DNA of 64,000 nt, taken from contig CAVOOB010000001.1 of the NCBI GenBank assembly GCA_963697435.1, forward strand, positions 58,390-122,389, read 5' to 3'. Position numbers and translations under genes: made by a program. The notes under the pieces are model-generated. The model was not told the DNA's origin, did not search any database, and saw nothing but the letters and a program-made list of their open reading frames with translations. This stretch comes from an uncultured Gemmatimonadales bacterium (GTDB taxonomy: Bacteria; Gemmatimonadota; Gemmatimonadetes; Gemmatimonadales; GWC2-71-9). Of the stretch, positions 56,147 through 64,000 are shown one piece after another (the stretch's first letter is position 1; every line of letters starts with the position of its first letter).

Positions 56147-56619
56147 TCAGGGATATTGTCGCTTCCAGGTCGTGGCCGACGCGCCAATGAACCCACCGAG
56201 CACCGCGCCAACGGTGCCCCCCATCAGGAACCCGCCCAGGGCCGCGAGCGGGACCGAGCCGCAATCGGAGGTCTCGCACCGAGCCCGATCCAGGCGGCGG
56301 CGAAGATCGCGGCAAAGGACCCCACGAGCGCACCGCCGATGATTGCCCCGTTCATCGTGGCAGGCCCTCGCACCCACAGTGTATCGATCGCCGGGATCGG
56401 AATCCGCCGGACGGCATCATCCTGCGCGAAGTCGAGGGTGTCGTTGGATGCCACGCCCGCCTTCCCGACAAGCCGGTTCATCGCCTCACCGCTGATGCGG
56501 ATCTGCTGGCCCGTATTGAGCTTTGCGACGGCGCTGTCGCGCTTGGCCGCGGCGTCTTGCGCGGAGGCGATCCCGGGAAGAAGCAGGAACAGGACGACGA
56601 GGACCCGCGAGGCAAACAT
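56147..56619 (-). pseudogene. secreted glycine-zipper membrane protein, copy A (one frame switch as sequenced)
   Basis: Signal peptide MFASRVLVVLFLLLPGIASAQD, then a conserved domain (LNTGQQIRISGEAMNRLVGKAGVASNDTLDFAQDDAVRRIPIPAIDTLWV) and a Gly-zipper. After a frame switch near 56275-56285 the tail reads CETSDCGSVPLAALGGFLMGGTVGAVLGGFIGASATTWKRQYP. The span is 2 mod 3. Confidence 0.65.
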
Positions 56620-56641
56620 GCGAAGCTCATGGCGCGGATTG

Positions 56642-57134
56642 CTACCAGCGAAACTCCCACCCGACCGTGAGCAGCAGGAAGCCGGACTTTCCCTCGGTGT
56701 CGTTCTGGAGGCTGAAGAGGTACCGGAGTTCCGCCGAGGGTCCGTTCGCGGTGGCGGTCCCTGCCGGCCCACCCTGCGCCAATTCCGGCTCCGAAGATGC
56801 TCTGACCGCCGTACGCTGTGCCCGGCCCCTGGTACCCGAGTCCAACAATGCCGTACCAGCCGGTGCTGGTCCGGGTCCCATACCGCACGAAGGCGTCGAG
56901 CGTCGTCAGGTGCGAATCGGAGCCGAATCCGTAATACCCCAACTCGGGACCGAAGACGAAGTGCCCACTCCGAAACCCGAGCGCGGCGCGGCCGCCGAAC
57001 AGGGCGTCGTTCTCGAGCGCGCCGTTCGTGAGCGCCACACCCCCCTGCAATTGCGCCAGGCCGATTCCCTGGGCGAACAGCGGGGCCGTGAATCCGACGC
57101 TCAGCAGGAGCGCCCCGACCGTGACGGGCCTCAC
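56642..57134 (-). pseudogene. small outer-membrane beta-barrel-like protein (one frame switch as sequenced)
   Basis: GTG start overlapping the upstream stop (GTGA). Signal peptide ALLLSVGFTAPLFAQ, then Gly/aromatic alternating strands. The barrel-type C-terminus (ELRYLFSLQNDTEGKSGFLLLTVGWEFRW-stop) is in another frame from about 56755-56780. The span is 1 mod 3. Confidence 0.6.
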
Positions 57135-57616
57135 GGGAATTTCCGCTTCCACTTGGGAAAGGCGGCACCAATCAGGGCGCCGAGGCCACCGCCGGCCACG
57201 GCACCAACCGCTAGCGCTCCGACAGACCGTCCGCGCCGTAGGTGTCACAGTCGTATTCGCAGAGCTACCGACACCACCGCCGCGCCGTAGGATCCGAACC
57301 ACGAGCCCGGTGACGCCGCCGATGACCATCCCAGTCGAGGTCGCTCGGCTGCACCCACAGGGTATCGATGGCCTGAATCGGAATCCGCCGGACGATGTCG
57401 TCCTGCGCGACGTCGAGGGTGTCGTTGCGCGCGACGCCCGCCTTGCCGACGAGCCGGCTCATCGCCTCGCCGCTGATCCGGATCTGCTGACCGGTACTGA
57501 GCTTTGCGATCGCGGTGTCGCGCTTGGCGACAGCGTCCTGTGCAGAGGCCGAGTCCGGAGAATGAGCTGCCAGCGATCAGGGTGACGACCGCCAACCACC
57601 AGCGTGTCCGGATCAT
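57131..57616 (-). pseudogene. secreted glycine-zipper membrane protein, copy B (about five frame switches as sequenced)
   Basis: The paralogue of copy A can only be reconstructed by hopping frames. The pieces are MIRTRWWLAVVTLIAG.., SAQDAVAKRDTAIAKLSTGQQIRISGEAMSRLVGKAGVARNDTLDVAQDDIVRRIPIQAIDTLWV, GMVIGGVTGLVV, GSYGAAVVSVA, LCEYDCDTYGADGLS and ALAVGAVAGGGLGALIGAAFPKWKRKFP-stop. Confidence 0.6.
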
Positions 57617-58693
57617 GGGGCCTCCGTGGCTACTGTGGTGAGCGCTGCCCGTGCCGCGAGGATGGCGTCGATCAGCGGCGCCGAGTCGAACCGCACCGGA
57701 TCGGTGCAGGGCAAGCCCGTCTCCCGCTGCCGCCTTGGCGATCGCCGCCTTCGCCGCCGGCTCGTCGAGGTCGAAGGTGTTGAGGCAGATGCCGATGACC
57801 TTCGTCGGGTGCACCGCGGAGCCGATGTCCTCGTACCAGCGGATGTAGTCGGTCAGCGGCGGAATCTTGACCCAGGCCCCCTCGCGATAGTCGCCGACAT
57901 GTTTGCGGCTCGCCTGGTGGCAGAGAATCAGCGCGTCGGGGCAGGAGCCGTGGAGGAGACTCAGCGTGACACCGGAGTAGCCGGGGTGATTGATGCTCCC
58001 CTGCCCCTCCACCAGGACGATGTCGGCATCCTTGCTCCCCTGCAGCACCAGCTGCTCGGCGGCGCCGCCGGTGAAGTCGGACACCACCGCGTCGACGGAG
58101 ATGCCCCACCCCTCGATCATGATGCCGGTCTGCCCGGTGGCCACGAAGGTGGTCCGCTGGCCGCGCGCCTTGAGCTCCTTCACCAGCTGGAGTTGCGCGG
58201 TCATCTTGCCCACGTTGCAGTCGGTGCCGACCGTCAGCACCACCAGCGCGTCGACCTCCTTGGCCAGGCCACTGGCCACCGGGATGTTCGCAGGGGGTTT
58301 GCGCAGGTCGAGCAGCTTGGCGCCGCTGGCGCGCGCCCGTTCCACCAGCATGGGATCGTCGGCCAGGAAGCTGTGCAACCCGCTCCAGATGTCGCACCCC
58401 GCGTCCAGCGCCTCCGCCAGCCAGGTGCGCCACTGCTCCGGCAGCCGTCCCCCCACCGGCGCGATGCCGATCAGCACCGCGTCGGGCTTGAACGCCAACC
58501 CATCACGCATGGTTCCGACCACGGGGATATCCCCCCCATAGCCGAGGATTTCCTGCACCGTCTTGCCGACCAGCTGGCTGTCGAGCACCGCCACCGTCCG
58601 GTCCGGCAGGTACCGGATGATCGAGTTGGCGGTCTTGGAGGTGAGGGGGCCGAAATCGCGGTCGGCCAGGATCAGGAAGCGGGGGGCGCTCAT
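57613..58693 (-). pseudogene. DUF1611-family protein (DgcN-like), one frame switch as sequenced
   Basis: Starts MSAPRFLILADRDFGPLTSKTANS and contains GTDCNVGKMTAQLQL. The family-typical end ETGLPCTDPVRFDSAPLIDAIL...EAP-stop is reached only after dropping one G near 57721-57727. The span is 1 mod 3. The stop overlaps the copy B ATG (ATGA). Confidence 0.75.
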
Positions 58694-58748
58694 CGGGATG
58701 GGTGCTCGCAGGCTGGTTGGAGGATGCCGAAAGCTACCGATGCCAAGA

Positions 58749-58782
58749 GGGGCGTGGAAGGGGTTCCCCCCCTCCACGCCCC
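58749..58782 (-). terminator. GC-rich hairpin after pspA (terminator candidate)
   Basis: Minus-sense GGGGCGTGGAGGGG-GGGAA-CCCCTTCCACGCCCC, followed by TCTTGG, about 25 nt after the pspA stop. Confidence 0.5.
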
Positions 58783-58806
58783 ATCGATGCATCGCTGCCA
58801 GGTGCC

Positions 58807-59583
<777 letters not shown>

Positions 59584-59589
59584 CAGGCA

Positions 59590-59985
59590 TCACCTTTCGC
59601 GATACGGCGCCAGGGCGCCCAAGTGGGTCGCCAGCGCCAGCGTGAGCGAATCGAAGCTGGCCTCGAACTCGCTGAAATCCAGGTTTTCCAGGTCGAGAGT
59701 GTCCGTCAGGACGACGTGATCACCCTCCACTCCATACGAACCGTGCACCATGTCCGTCGCGTTGTACTCCAGCAATTGCCGGTACAACTCCGTGCGCCGG
59801 GCGGGCTCCGCCGGCACTTCCATCACGCGCACCCGGAGGATCAGGACGGGGGGGGAAAAGCTGACCACCACCTCCGATTCCTCCGACGTTCGCACCTTCC
59901 AGAGCCCCTCTTCCAGCTCTTCGACAGTCCCGCCGGCCGCTTCCATGCGGTCCAGGAAGGACTGGACGTCATCCCGTGTGACCAT
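59590..59985 (-). CDS. YbjN-like (putative sensory-transduction/chaperone-like) protein
   Basis: 131 aa from MVTRDDVQSFLDRMEAAGG. The ATG at 59985 is preceded by GAGGGGG. Small acidic alpha/beta-type sequence of the kind commonly found next to pspA. The ORF-track start at 60117 overextends. Confidence 0.65.
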   Translation of the reverse strand: MVTRDDVQSFLDRMEAAGGTVEELEEGLWKVRTSEESEVVVSFSPPVLILRVRVMEVPAEPARRTELYRQLLEYNATDMVHGSYGVEGDHVVLTDTLDLENLDFSEFEASFDSLTLALATHLGALAPYRER

Positions 59986-60037
59986 GACACCCCCTCTGCA
60001 AGAATCTAACCGCGGCCGTAACGCCGCCAAACACCAC

Positions 60038-60385
60038 TCAGGACGGCGGAAGCTGCACCGGGTCCTCTGCGCGGTGACGCGCCAGCAGTCGCTCGGTGAA
60101 GTCCAGCCGCTCCTCAATCTCGACCATCCGGCCGCGCACCTCGTACAACTCCTCCAGCACCTCGGGGTGCGGTTCGGCCTGCCCGATCGTGCCCTGGTGA
60201 ATCCGCGCCGCCAGCGCCTTGCCCACCGGGCCGCGGAGCGTCACGGTGCCCATGACCGCGCCGGCGATCAGGGCGGGGATGGCAAAGTCCTCGCCGATGA
60301 CGATGGAGAGCGCAATGAAGGCACCCAAGAGTACGATCGAGACAACTCCCACCGTGGCGTACAAGGCAACATTGGATTCTCTCAT
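60038..60385 (-). CDS. small membrane protein, ERLDFTERLL-motif family (copy 8 of 8 in transcription order)
   Basis: 115 aa with N-terminal hydrophobic segments, GKALAARIHQG, and the C-terminal block EIEERLDFTERLLARHR. Confidence 0.72.
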   Translation of the reverse strand: MRESNVALYATVGVVSIVLLGAFIALSIVIGEDFAIPALIAGAVMGTVTLRGPVGKALAARIHQGTIGQAEPHPEVLEELYEVRGRMVEIEERLDFTERLLARHRAEDPVQLPPS

Positions 60386-60747
60386 GTCAACCGCTCCGGT
60401 TCACGGGCCTGCGCCAGGAGCCGTTCCGTAAAGTCGAGCCGCTCCTCGAGTTCATGCAGCCGGTAGTTCATGCCATCGATTTCGTTGAATCGGGCGTCGA
60501 GCTCGGCCAACCGGTCAACGATCACCTCACCCGTGACCTCTCCCATGGGGCCACGAGCCCCGCGCTTGAGCGCGAAGTGCCGGCGGACCCCGAGGATCAC
60601 CAGGGAAACCGCCCCGACGCCCCCAATCAACACTTCTTCATTGCCGCCCGCCGAGCTCCCGGCCATGATCATCACGAACATGGTCACGCCGGCCTGGATG
60701 ACGATGTCCACCCCATCCAACCCAACCAATTTACGAATCCAGCTCAC
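60382..60747 (-). CDS. small membrane protein, ERLDFTERLL-motif family (copy 7 of 8; two-helix N-terminal subtype)
   Basis: 121 aa with N-terminal GLDGVDIVIQAGVT, two hydrophobic segments and the C-terminal block ELEERLDFTERLLAQAR. GTG start in a GTGA overlap. Its stop overlaps the next ATG. Confidence 0.72.
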   Translation of the reverse strand: MSWIRKLVGLDGVDIVIQAGVTMFVMIMAGSSAGGNEEVLIGGVGAVSLVILGVRRHFALKRGARGPMGEVTGEVIVDRLAELDARFNEIDGMNYRLHELEERLDFTERLLAQAREPERLT

Positions 60748-61115
60748 CGCCCCTCCTCGAGCTGGGCCCGCTTCTCCCGTTCACTGACCAGCAGTCGCTC
60801 GGTGAAATCCACCCGTTCCTCGAGCTCGAGGAGCCGCGCCCGCTCCTGCTCGAGTTCGTGGAGCCGTTCATCCAGCTCCTGCAGCGCTTCCTCGCCACGT
60901 GGAGCGGTCGTCGCAGGACGATCCATGCGTCCAAGGAACATCCGCAGGCCGAGCAATGCCGTGGAGGCCGCGAGGATGATCATGGCCACGGCATCGCCAT
61001 CGTAATTGAACTCCCCGCCCGCACCGCCCACGATGACCGCGACCACGGCCGTGACCCCCACGTGGATCGTGATGTCCTTCCCATCGATGCCGAAGATCTC
61101 GCGCGTGCGGCTCAT
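60744..61115 (-). CDS. small membrane protein, ERLDFTERLL-motif family (copy 6 of 8; two-helix N-terminal subtype)
   Basis: 123 aa with N-terminal GIDGKDITIHVGVT, two hydrophobic segments and the C-terminal block ELEERVDFTERLLVSER. Confidence 0.72.
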   Translation of the reverse strand: MSRTREIFGIDGKDITIHVGVTAVVAVIVGGAGGEFNYDGDAVAMIILAASTALLGLRMFLGRMDRPATTAPRGEEALQELDERLHELEQERARLLELEERVDFTERLLVSEREKRAQLEEGR

Positions 61116-61402
61116 CTCGCTTCCTCGATCCGTGCGGGTTCACGCCCTTGGGCCAGCAGTCGCTCGGCAAAGTCGAGGCGCTCTTCCAGCTCCACCATCC
61201 GGTGGTACACGGCGTCGGTCTCGCCGGTGATCGGCCGACCGGCCTCCAGGGCCTCCACGCGCGCCTCGAGCCCTGACGGAGCCGCCCCTCCGCGAATCCG
61301 GTCAGCCGCCGCCTTGATGAGGGGTGACATGGCGGTCCAGAACGCGATGTTGATGACGCCAATTGCAATCCAGAACGCGAAGTCGCCGATGCCGTCGCCC
61401 AT
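61112..61402 (-). CDS. small membrane protein, ERLDFTERLL-motif family (copy 5 of 8)
   Basis: 96 aa with one TM helix (FAFWIAIGVINIAFWTAM), AAADRIRGG, and the C-terminal block ELEERLDFAERLLAQGR. Confidence 0.72.
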   Translation of the reverse strand: MGDGIGDFAFWIAIGVINIAFWTAMSPLIKAAADRIRGGAAPSGLEARVEALEAGRPITGETDAVYHRMVELEERLDFAERLLAQGREPARIEEAR

Positions 61403-61404
61403 AA

Positions 61405-61704
61405 TTATCGCCTCGTCTCTGGCTTTGGCAATTGAGCCGCTTCACGGGATTGTGCCAACAGGCGCTCGGTGAAATCGAGGCGTTCCTCGAGTTCGTGCAG
61501 GCGGCCGACCTGCTGCTCGATCTCTCCCATGCGCGCCTGAAGCTCCTCCACTTCCGCCACGGTCTGTCCCGCCGGCTGCCCCGCCGTGCCTTCGATCCGC
61601 CTGGCCAGCGCCCTGCCCAAGGGACCGCGCAGGATGAGCACGGCAGCAAACGACGCCAGGAAGACAATGCTGACGATGACGGGAGCGATGTCGCCGGAGT
61701 TCAT
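61405..61704 (-). CDS. small membrane protein, ERLDFTERLL-motif family (copy 4 of 8)
   Basis: 99 aa with one TM helix (IAPVIVSIVFLASFAAVLIL), GRALARRIEG, and the C-terminal block ELEERLDFTERLLAQSR. Confidence 0.75.
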   Translation of the reverse strand: MNSGDIAPVIVSIVFLASFAAVLILRGPLGRALARRIEGTAGQPAGQTVAEVEELQARMGEIEQQVGRLHELEERLDFTERLLAQSREAAQLPKPETRR

Positions 61705-61716
61705 TGCAGTTGCTTT

Positions 61717-62064
61717 CTAGTGAGGAAGCCGTGCCTGCTCGCGCTGTTGCGCGAGGAGGCGTTCCGCAAAGTCCAGCCGCTCTTCCATTTCATGGACGAT
61801 GCCTTGCCGCTGCTCCAGCTCGGACACCCGGGCGCGAAGATCCTCGATCTCGGCCAAGACCGCCGGGTCCTGACCGCGCCGCCCCTCGAGGCGCCGGGCA
61901 ATGGCCCGGACCAGCGGGAAGGCGATCAGCACCGTACCGGCCACGAAGGCGAGGGTGATCAAGACCAGTGCCGGCTCGGTGAGCAGTGCCCACGGGGGCA
62001 ACGGCCCCGGCGCCGGGATCTGCGTCACGATGACTTCGCTCTGCGCCAACAGGGACATGATCAT
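61717..62064 (-). CDS. small membrane protein, ERLDFTERLL-motif family (copy 3 of 8)
   Basis: 115 aa with one TM helix (PALVLITLAFVAGTVLIAFPLV), RAIARRLEG, and the C-terminal block EMEERLDFAERLLAQQR. Confidence 0.75.
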   Translation of the reverse strand: MIMSLLAQSEVIVTQIPAPGPLPPWALLTEPALVLITLAFVAGTVLIAFPLVRAIARRLEGRRGQDPAVLAEIEDLRARVSELEQRQGIVHEMEERLDFAERLLAQQREQARLPH

Positions 62065-62321
62065 CGGACTCCTCCCGGTGGCAAACCCACCGACTCACGC
62101 TGCTGCGCCAGCAGTCGCTCGGTGAAATCCAACCGCTCTTCCAGCTCTCCCATCCGTTCGCGCAGCACGTCGACTTCCTCGACAAGGTGCGGATCCTGGC
62201 TCAGCGACTTCCCTTCGATCTTTCGCAGGAGCGCCTTCCGGAGCGGGACCGCAAAGGAGAACACCAGGGCGATGCCGGCGGACAGCAACACCATCACAAT
62301 GATGAACTCTTCGTGTGGCAC
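62061..62321 (-). CDS. small membrane protein, ERLDFTERLL-motif family (copy 2 of 8)
   Basis: 86 aa with one TM helix (FIIVMVLLSAGIALVFSFAV), RKALLRKIEG, and the C-terminal block ELEERLDFTERLLAQQR. Confidence 0.75.
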   Translation of the reverse strand: MPHEEFIIVMVLLSAGIALVFSFAVPLRKALLRKIEGKSLSQDPHLVEEVDVLRERMGELEERLDFTERLLAQQRESVGLPPGGVR

Positions 62322-62332
62322 GGCGATCTCCT

Positions 62333-62590
62333 CTAACTTGGCGGAAGTTGCGACGGCTCACGGCGCTCGGCCAACAGCCGCTCCGTGAAATCCACCCGTT
62401 CATGCAGTTCCGACAGCTGCAGCCTCAGGTCGTCGATCTCCGCGAGTACCTGCGGGTCGGGCGGCGCCATTTCATGCGTCTTGGCCCGAATCCGCTCGGC
62501 ATATGCCTTCCCGATAGGGCTGACGGAGAGGAGGAAGAGGGTTCCGCCCCCGAAGATGAAAATGATTGCGAGTACGCCCTCCATGTTCAC
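62333..62590 (-). CDS. small membrane protein, ERLDFTERLL-motif family (copy 1 of 8)
   Basis: 85 aa with one TM helix (VLAIIFIFGGGTLFLLSV), GKAYAERIRA, and the C-terminal block ELHERVDFTERLLAERR. GAAGG lies upstream of the ATG. It is preceded by a comparatively AT-rich 75-bp spacer. Confidence 0.75.
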   Translation of the reverse strand: MNMEGVLAIIFIFGGGTLFLLSVSPIGKAYAERIRAKTHEMAPPDPQVLAEIDDLRLQLSELHERVDFTERLLAERREPSQLPPS

Positions 62591-62665
62591 AACCTTCTAC
62601 TGGGGTGAATAGTTGAAGTACGGCTGGACGTTTCAATTTGTTTCATACCGTGCAGCAATATCCCG

Positions 62666-63550
62666 CTAAGCCCTGTTGCCGGAACGCTTTATCTGGACCA
62701 GACGCTCCTTCGCCAGCCGCCGCCCAGTGGGGGTGGCGGCCAGTCCTCCCCCTGCGGTCTCCCGGTATCTCACATCCATCGATCGGCCGATTTCCCCCAT
62801 CGTGTCGATGACCTCGTCGGCCGGGATGGGGAACTCGATGCCGGCGAGCGCCATTTCGATGGCGGCGAGGGCAATCGCGGCCCCGGTGGCGTTCCGATAG
62901 ACGCAGGGGATTTCGACGAGTCCGCCGAGCGGGTCGCAGACCAGCCCCAGTGTGCCCTGCATGGCCAACGACACGGCGTGCGCGGCCACGGTCGGGGATC
63001 CACCGAGAACCTCGACGCCCGCGCCTGCCGCCATGGCGGCGGCGGCGCCGGTCTCCGCCTGGCAGCCGCCCTCGGCCCCGCTGAGCGAGGCCCGCACCGC
63101 CACCACCGCTCCAATCAACCCGGCCGTCGCCAGCCCCCGCAGCAGTTGCTCGTCGCTTGCGCTTCCCCGGCCAGCCAGACCGAGGAGAACCCCGGGCAGG
63201 ACCCCCGCGCCACCCGCCGTCGGCGCCGCGACGATGACTCCCATGGCCGCGTTGACCTCCTGCACGGCGAGTGCGCTTGCGATCACCTCGGTGAACAGGG
63301 TGCCCGACAGCGGCCCGGTGAGCCGGTTGAGCTTGGCGGCGTCGCCCCCGACCAGGCCGCTGACACTCCGCAGGTCGCCGGGGAGCCCCCGGGCCACTGC
63401 CCCGCGCATCACCGCGAGCGCGCGCCCCAAGCCCGCCTCGAGCTCGGCGCGGCTCTTCAGTCCGTGCGCCACCTCGCGACGGAGCGCGAATTCACCCAGG
63501 GAGACGCCGGCTGCTTCCGCCTGTGCCACGGCATCATTGAGGGAGTCCAT
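62666..63550 (-). CDS. sdaAA: L-serine ammonia-lyase (iron-sulfur type), alpha subunit
   Basis: 294 aa with the motifs AAPTAGGAGVLPG, GGCQAETGAAAAMAA and GLVCDPLGGLVEIPCVYRNA. Confidence 0.92.
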   Translation of the reverse strand: MDSLNDAVAQAEAAGVSLGEFALRREVAHGLKSRAELEAGLGRALAVMRGAVARGLPGDLRSVSGLVGGDAAKLNRLTGPLSGTLFTEVIASALAVQEVNAAMGVIVAAPTAGGAGVLPGVLLGLAGRGSASDEQLLRGLATAGLIGAVVAVRASLSGAEGGCQAETGAAAAMAAGAGVEVLGGSPTVAAHAVSLAMQGTLGLVCDPLGGLVEIPCVYRNATGAAIALAAIEMALAGIEFPIPADEVIDTMGEIGRSMDVRYRETAGGGLAATPTGRRLAKERLVQIKRSGNRA

Positions 63551-64000
63551 CAGCCGTCGACCCGCCCAATGGCCCGCACGCTCTGCACGCGCGGGAGCGC
63601 GAGCAGCGCGGCCAGGGCGTCTGCACCGACCGCCTCGTCGAGCTCATAGATGTGAATGGCGTGGCCGCCCTTTTCGCGCCGGGAGACCTTGATGGTGGCG
63701 ATGTTGCCCCCCGCCGCGGCAAGCGCCGTCGTGATCGCGGCGACGGCACCGGGCTGATCGCTGGCGACGACGACCAGGGCGGGAAGGGTGCCGGTAATCT
63801 CCACGGGATAGTCGTCGATGCGGGTGATCACAATGCGTCCCGCGCCGATGGACGACCCCATGACGGCAACCTGGCGCTCGCCCTGCGAGAGCGTCAGCCG
63901 TGCGGTATTCGGGTGGGGGTCGCCGCGGAGCTTGGTGTTCTGGAAGGTGACGTCCATCCCGGCGGCGACCGCCAGCTCCAGGCTGTCGCGGAGCCGCTCG
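63550..64000 (-). CDS. sdaAB: L-serine ammonia-lyase, beta subunit (5' end outside the window)
   Basis: C-terminal ACT-like region (LPALVVVASDQPGAVAAITTALAAAGGNIATIKVSR). The frame stays open upstream of the ORF-track Met (63957) to the window edge (..ERLRDSLELAVAAG-MDVTF). One-nt overlap with the sdaAA start. Confidence 0.85.
   Translation of the reverse strand, partial: ERLRDSLELAVAAGMDVTFQNTKLRGDPHPNTARLTLSQGERQVAVMGSSIGAGRIVITRIDDYPVEITGTLPALVVVASDQPGAVAAITTALAAAGGNIATIKVSRREKGGHAIHIYELDEAVGADALAALLALPRVQSVRAIGRVDG

Larger units (their letters stand above)
60038..62590 (-). repeat. tandem gene-family array (8 paralogous coding units of 258-372 bp)
   Basis: A conserved 30-45-nt block (minus-sense GAGCG.CT.GA.TTC.C.GAGCG.CTGCTGGC) recurs eight times at intervals of roughly 270-370 bp. 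The rest of each unit is diverged. Confidence 0.85.

Noticed and set aside
60038-62590. Periodic conserved ~30-45-nt block recurring eight times, superficially CRISPR-like
   Set aside because: The spacing is irregular (about 270-370 bp) and far larger than CRISPR spacers. The blocks are degenerate at third-codon positions and encode the same peptide motif inside clear ORFs. No cas genes are present.
62591-62665. Sigma-54 (PspF-type) promoter upstream of the small-protein/pspA array
   Set aside because: No TGGCAC-N5-TTGC match. The best sigma-70-like pair (TTGAAA ... TATTCA) has a 19-nt spacer. No enhancer-binding protein gene is nearby. This is too weak to annotate.

Overview
High-GC bacterial chromosome segment; the EF-Tu insertion signature and fused ccoNO suggest Gemmatimonadota, but that call is low confidence and made from memory. 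About 60% of the window is the minus-strand translation/transcription core. It reads sdaAB-sdaAA | [small-protein array]-ybjN-pspA | ... cysS | tRNA Thr-Tyr-Gly-Thr | rpmG-secE-nusG-rplKAJL-rpoBC | [8.5-kb accessory insert] | rpsL-rpsG-fusA-tuf-S10/spc operons-secY. The plus strand carries a 12-kb respiratory block: GAF histidine kinase, OmpR-type regulator, PCP-motif P1B ATPase, fused ccoNO, ccoQ, ccoP, ccoG, fixH, a DsbD_2-like protein, ccoI and ccoS, flanked by tandem-USP genes. The most unusual feature is an array of eight tandem paralogous small membrane proteins (60038-62590). Each ends in a near-invariant ELEERLDFTERLLA block, and the array runs into YbjN-like and PspA genes. Other items: a TetR-linked lipoprotein operon wedged between rpoC and rpsL, two of whose enzyme-like members appear to have lost their catalytic residues; two G-rich octamer tandem repeats bracketing the tRNA cluster; a secreted Met/Cys/His-rich protein; and many single-base frame disruptions (rpsE, ccoI, and a dense cluster at 56.1-57.8 kb) that need read-level validation. 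No rRNA, CRISPR array, transposase or integrase was seen. All calls come from reading the ORF track and sequence by eye; no database search was run.
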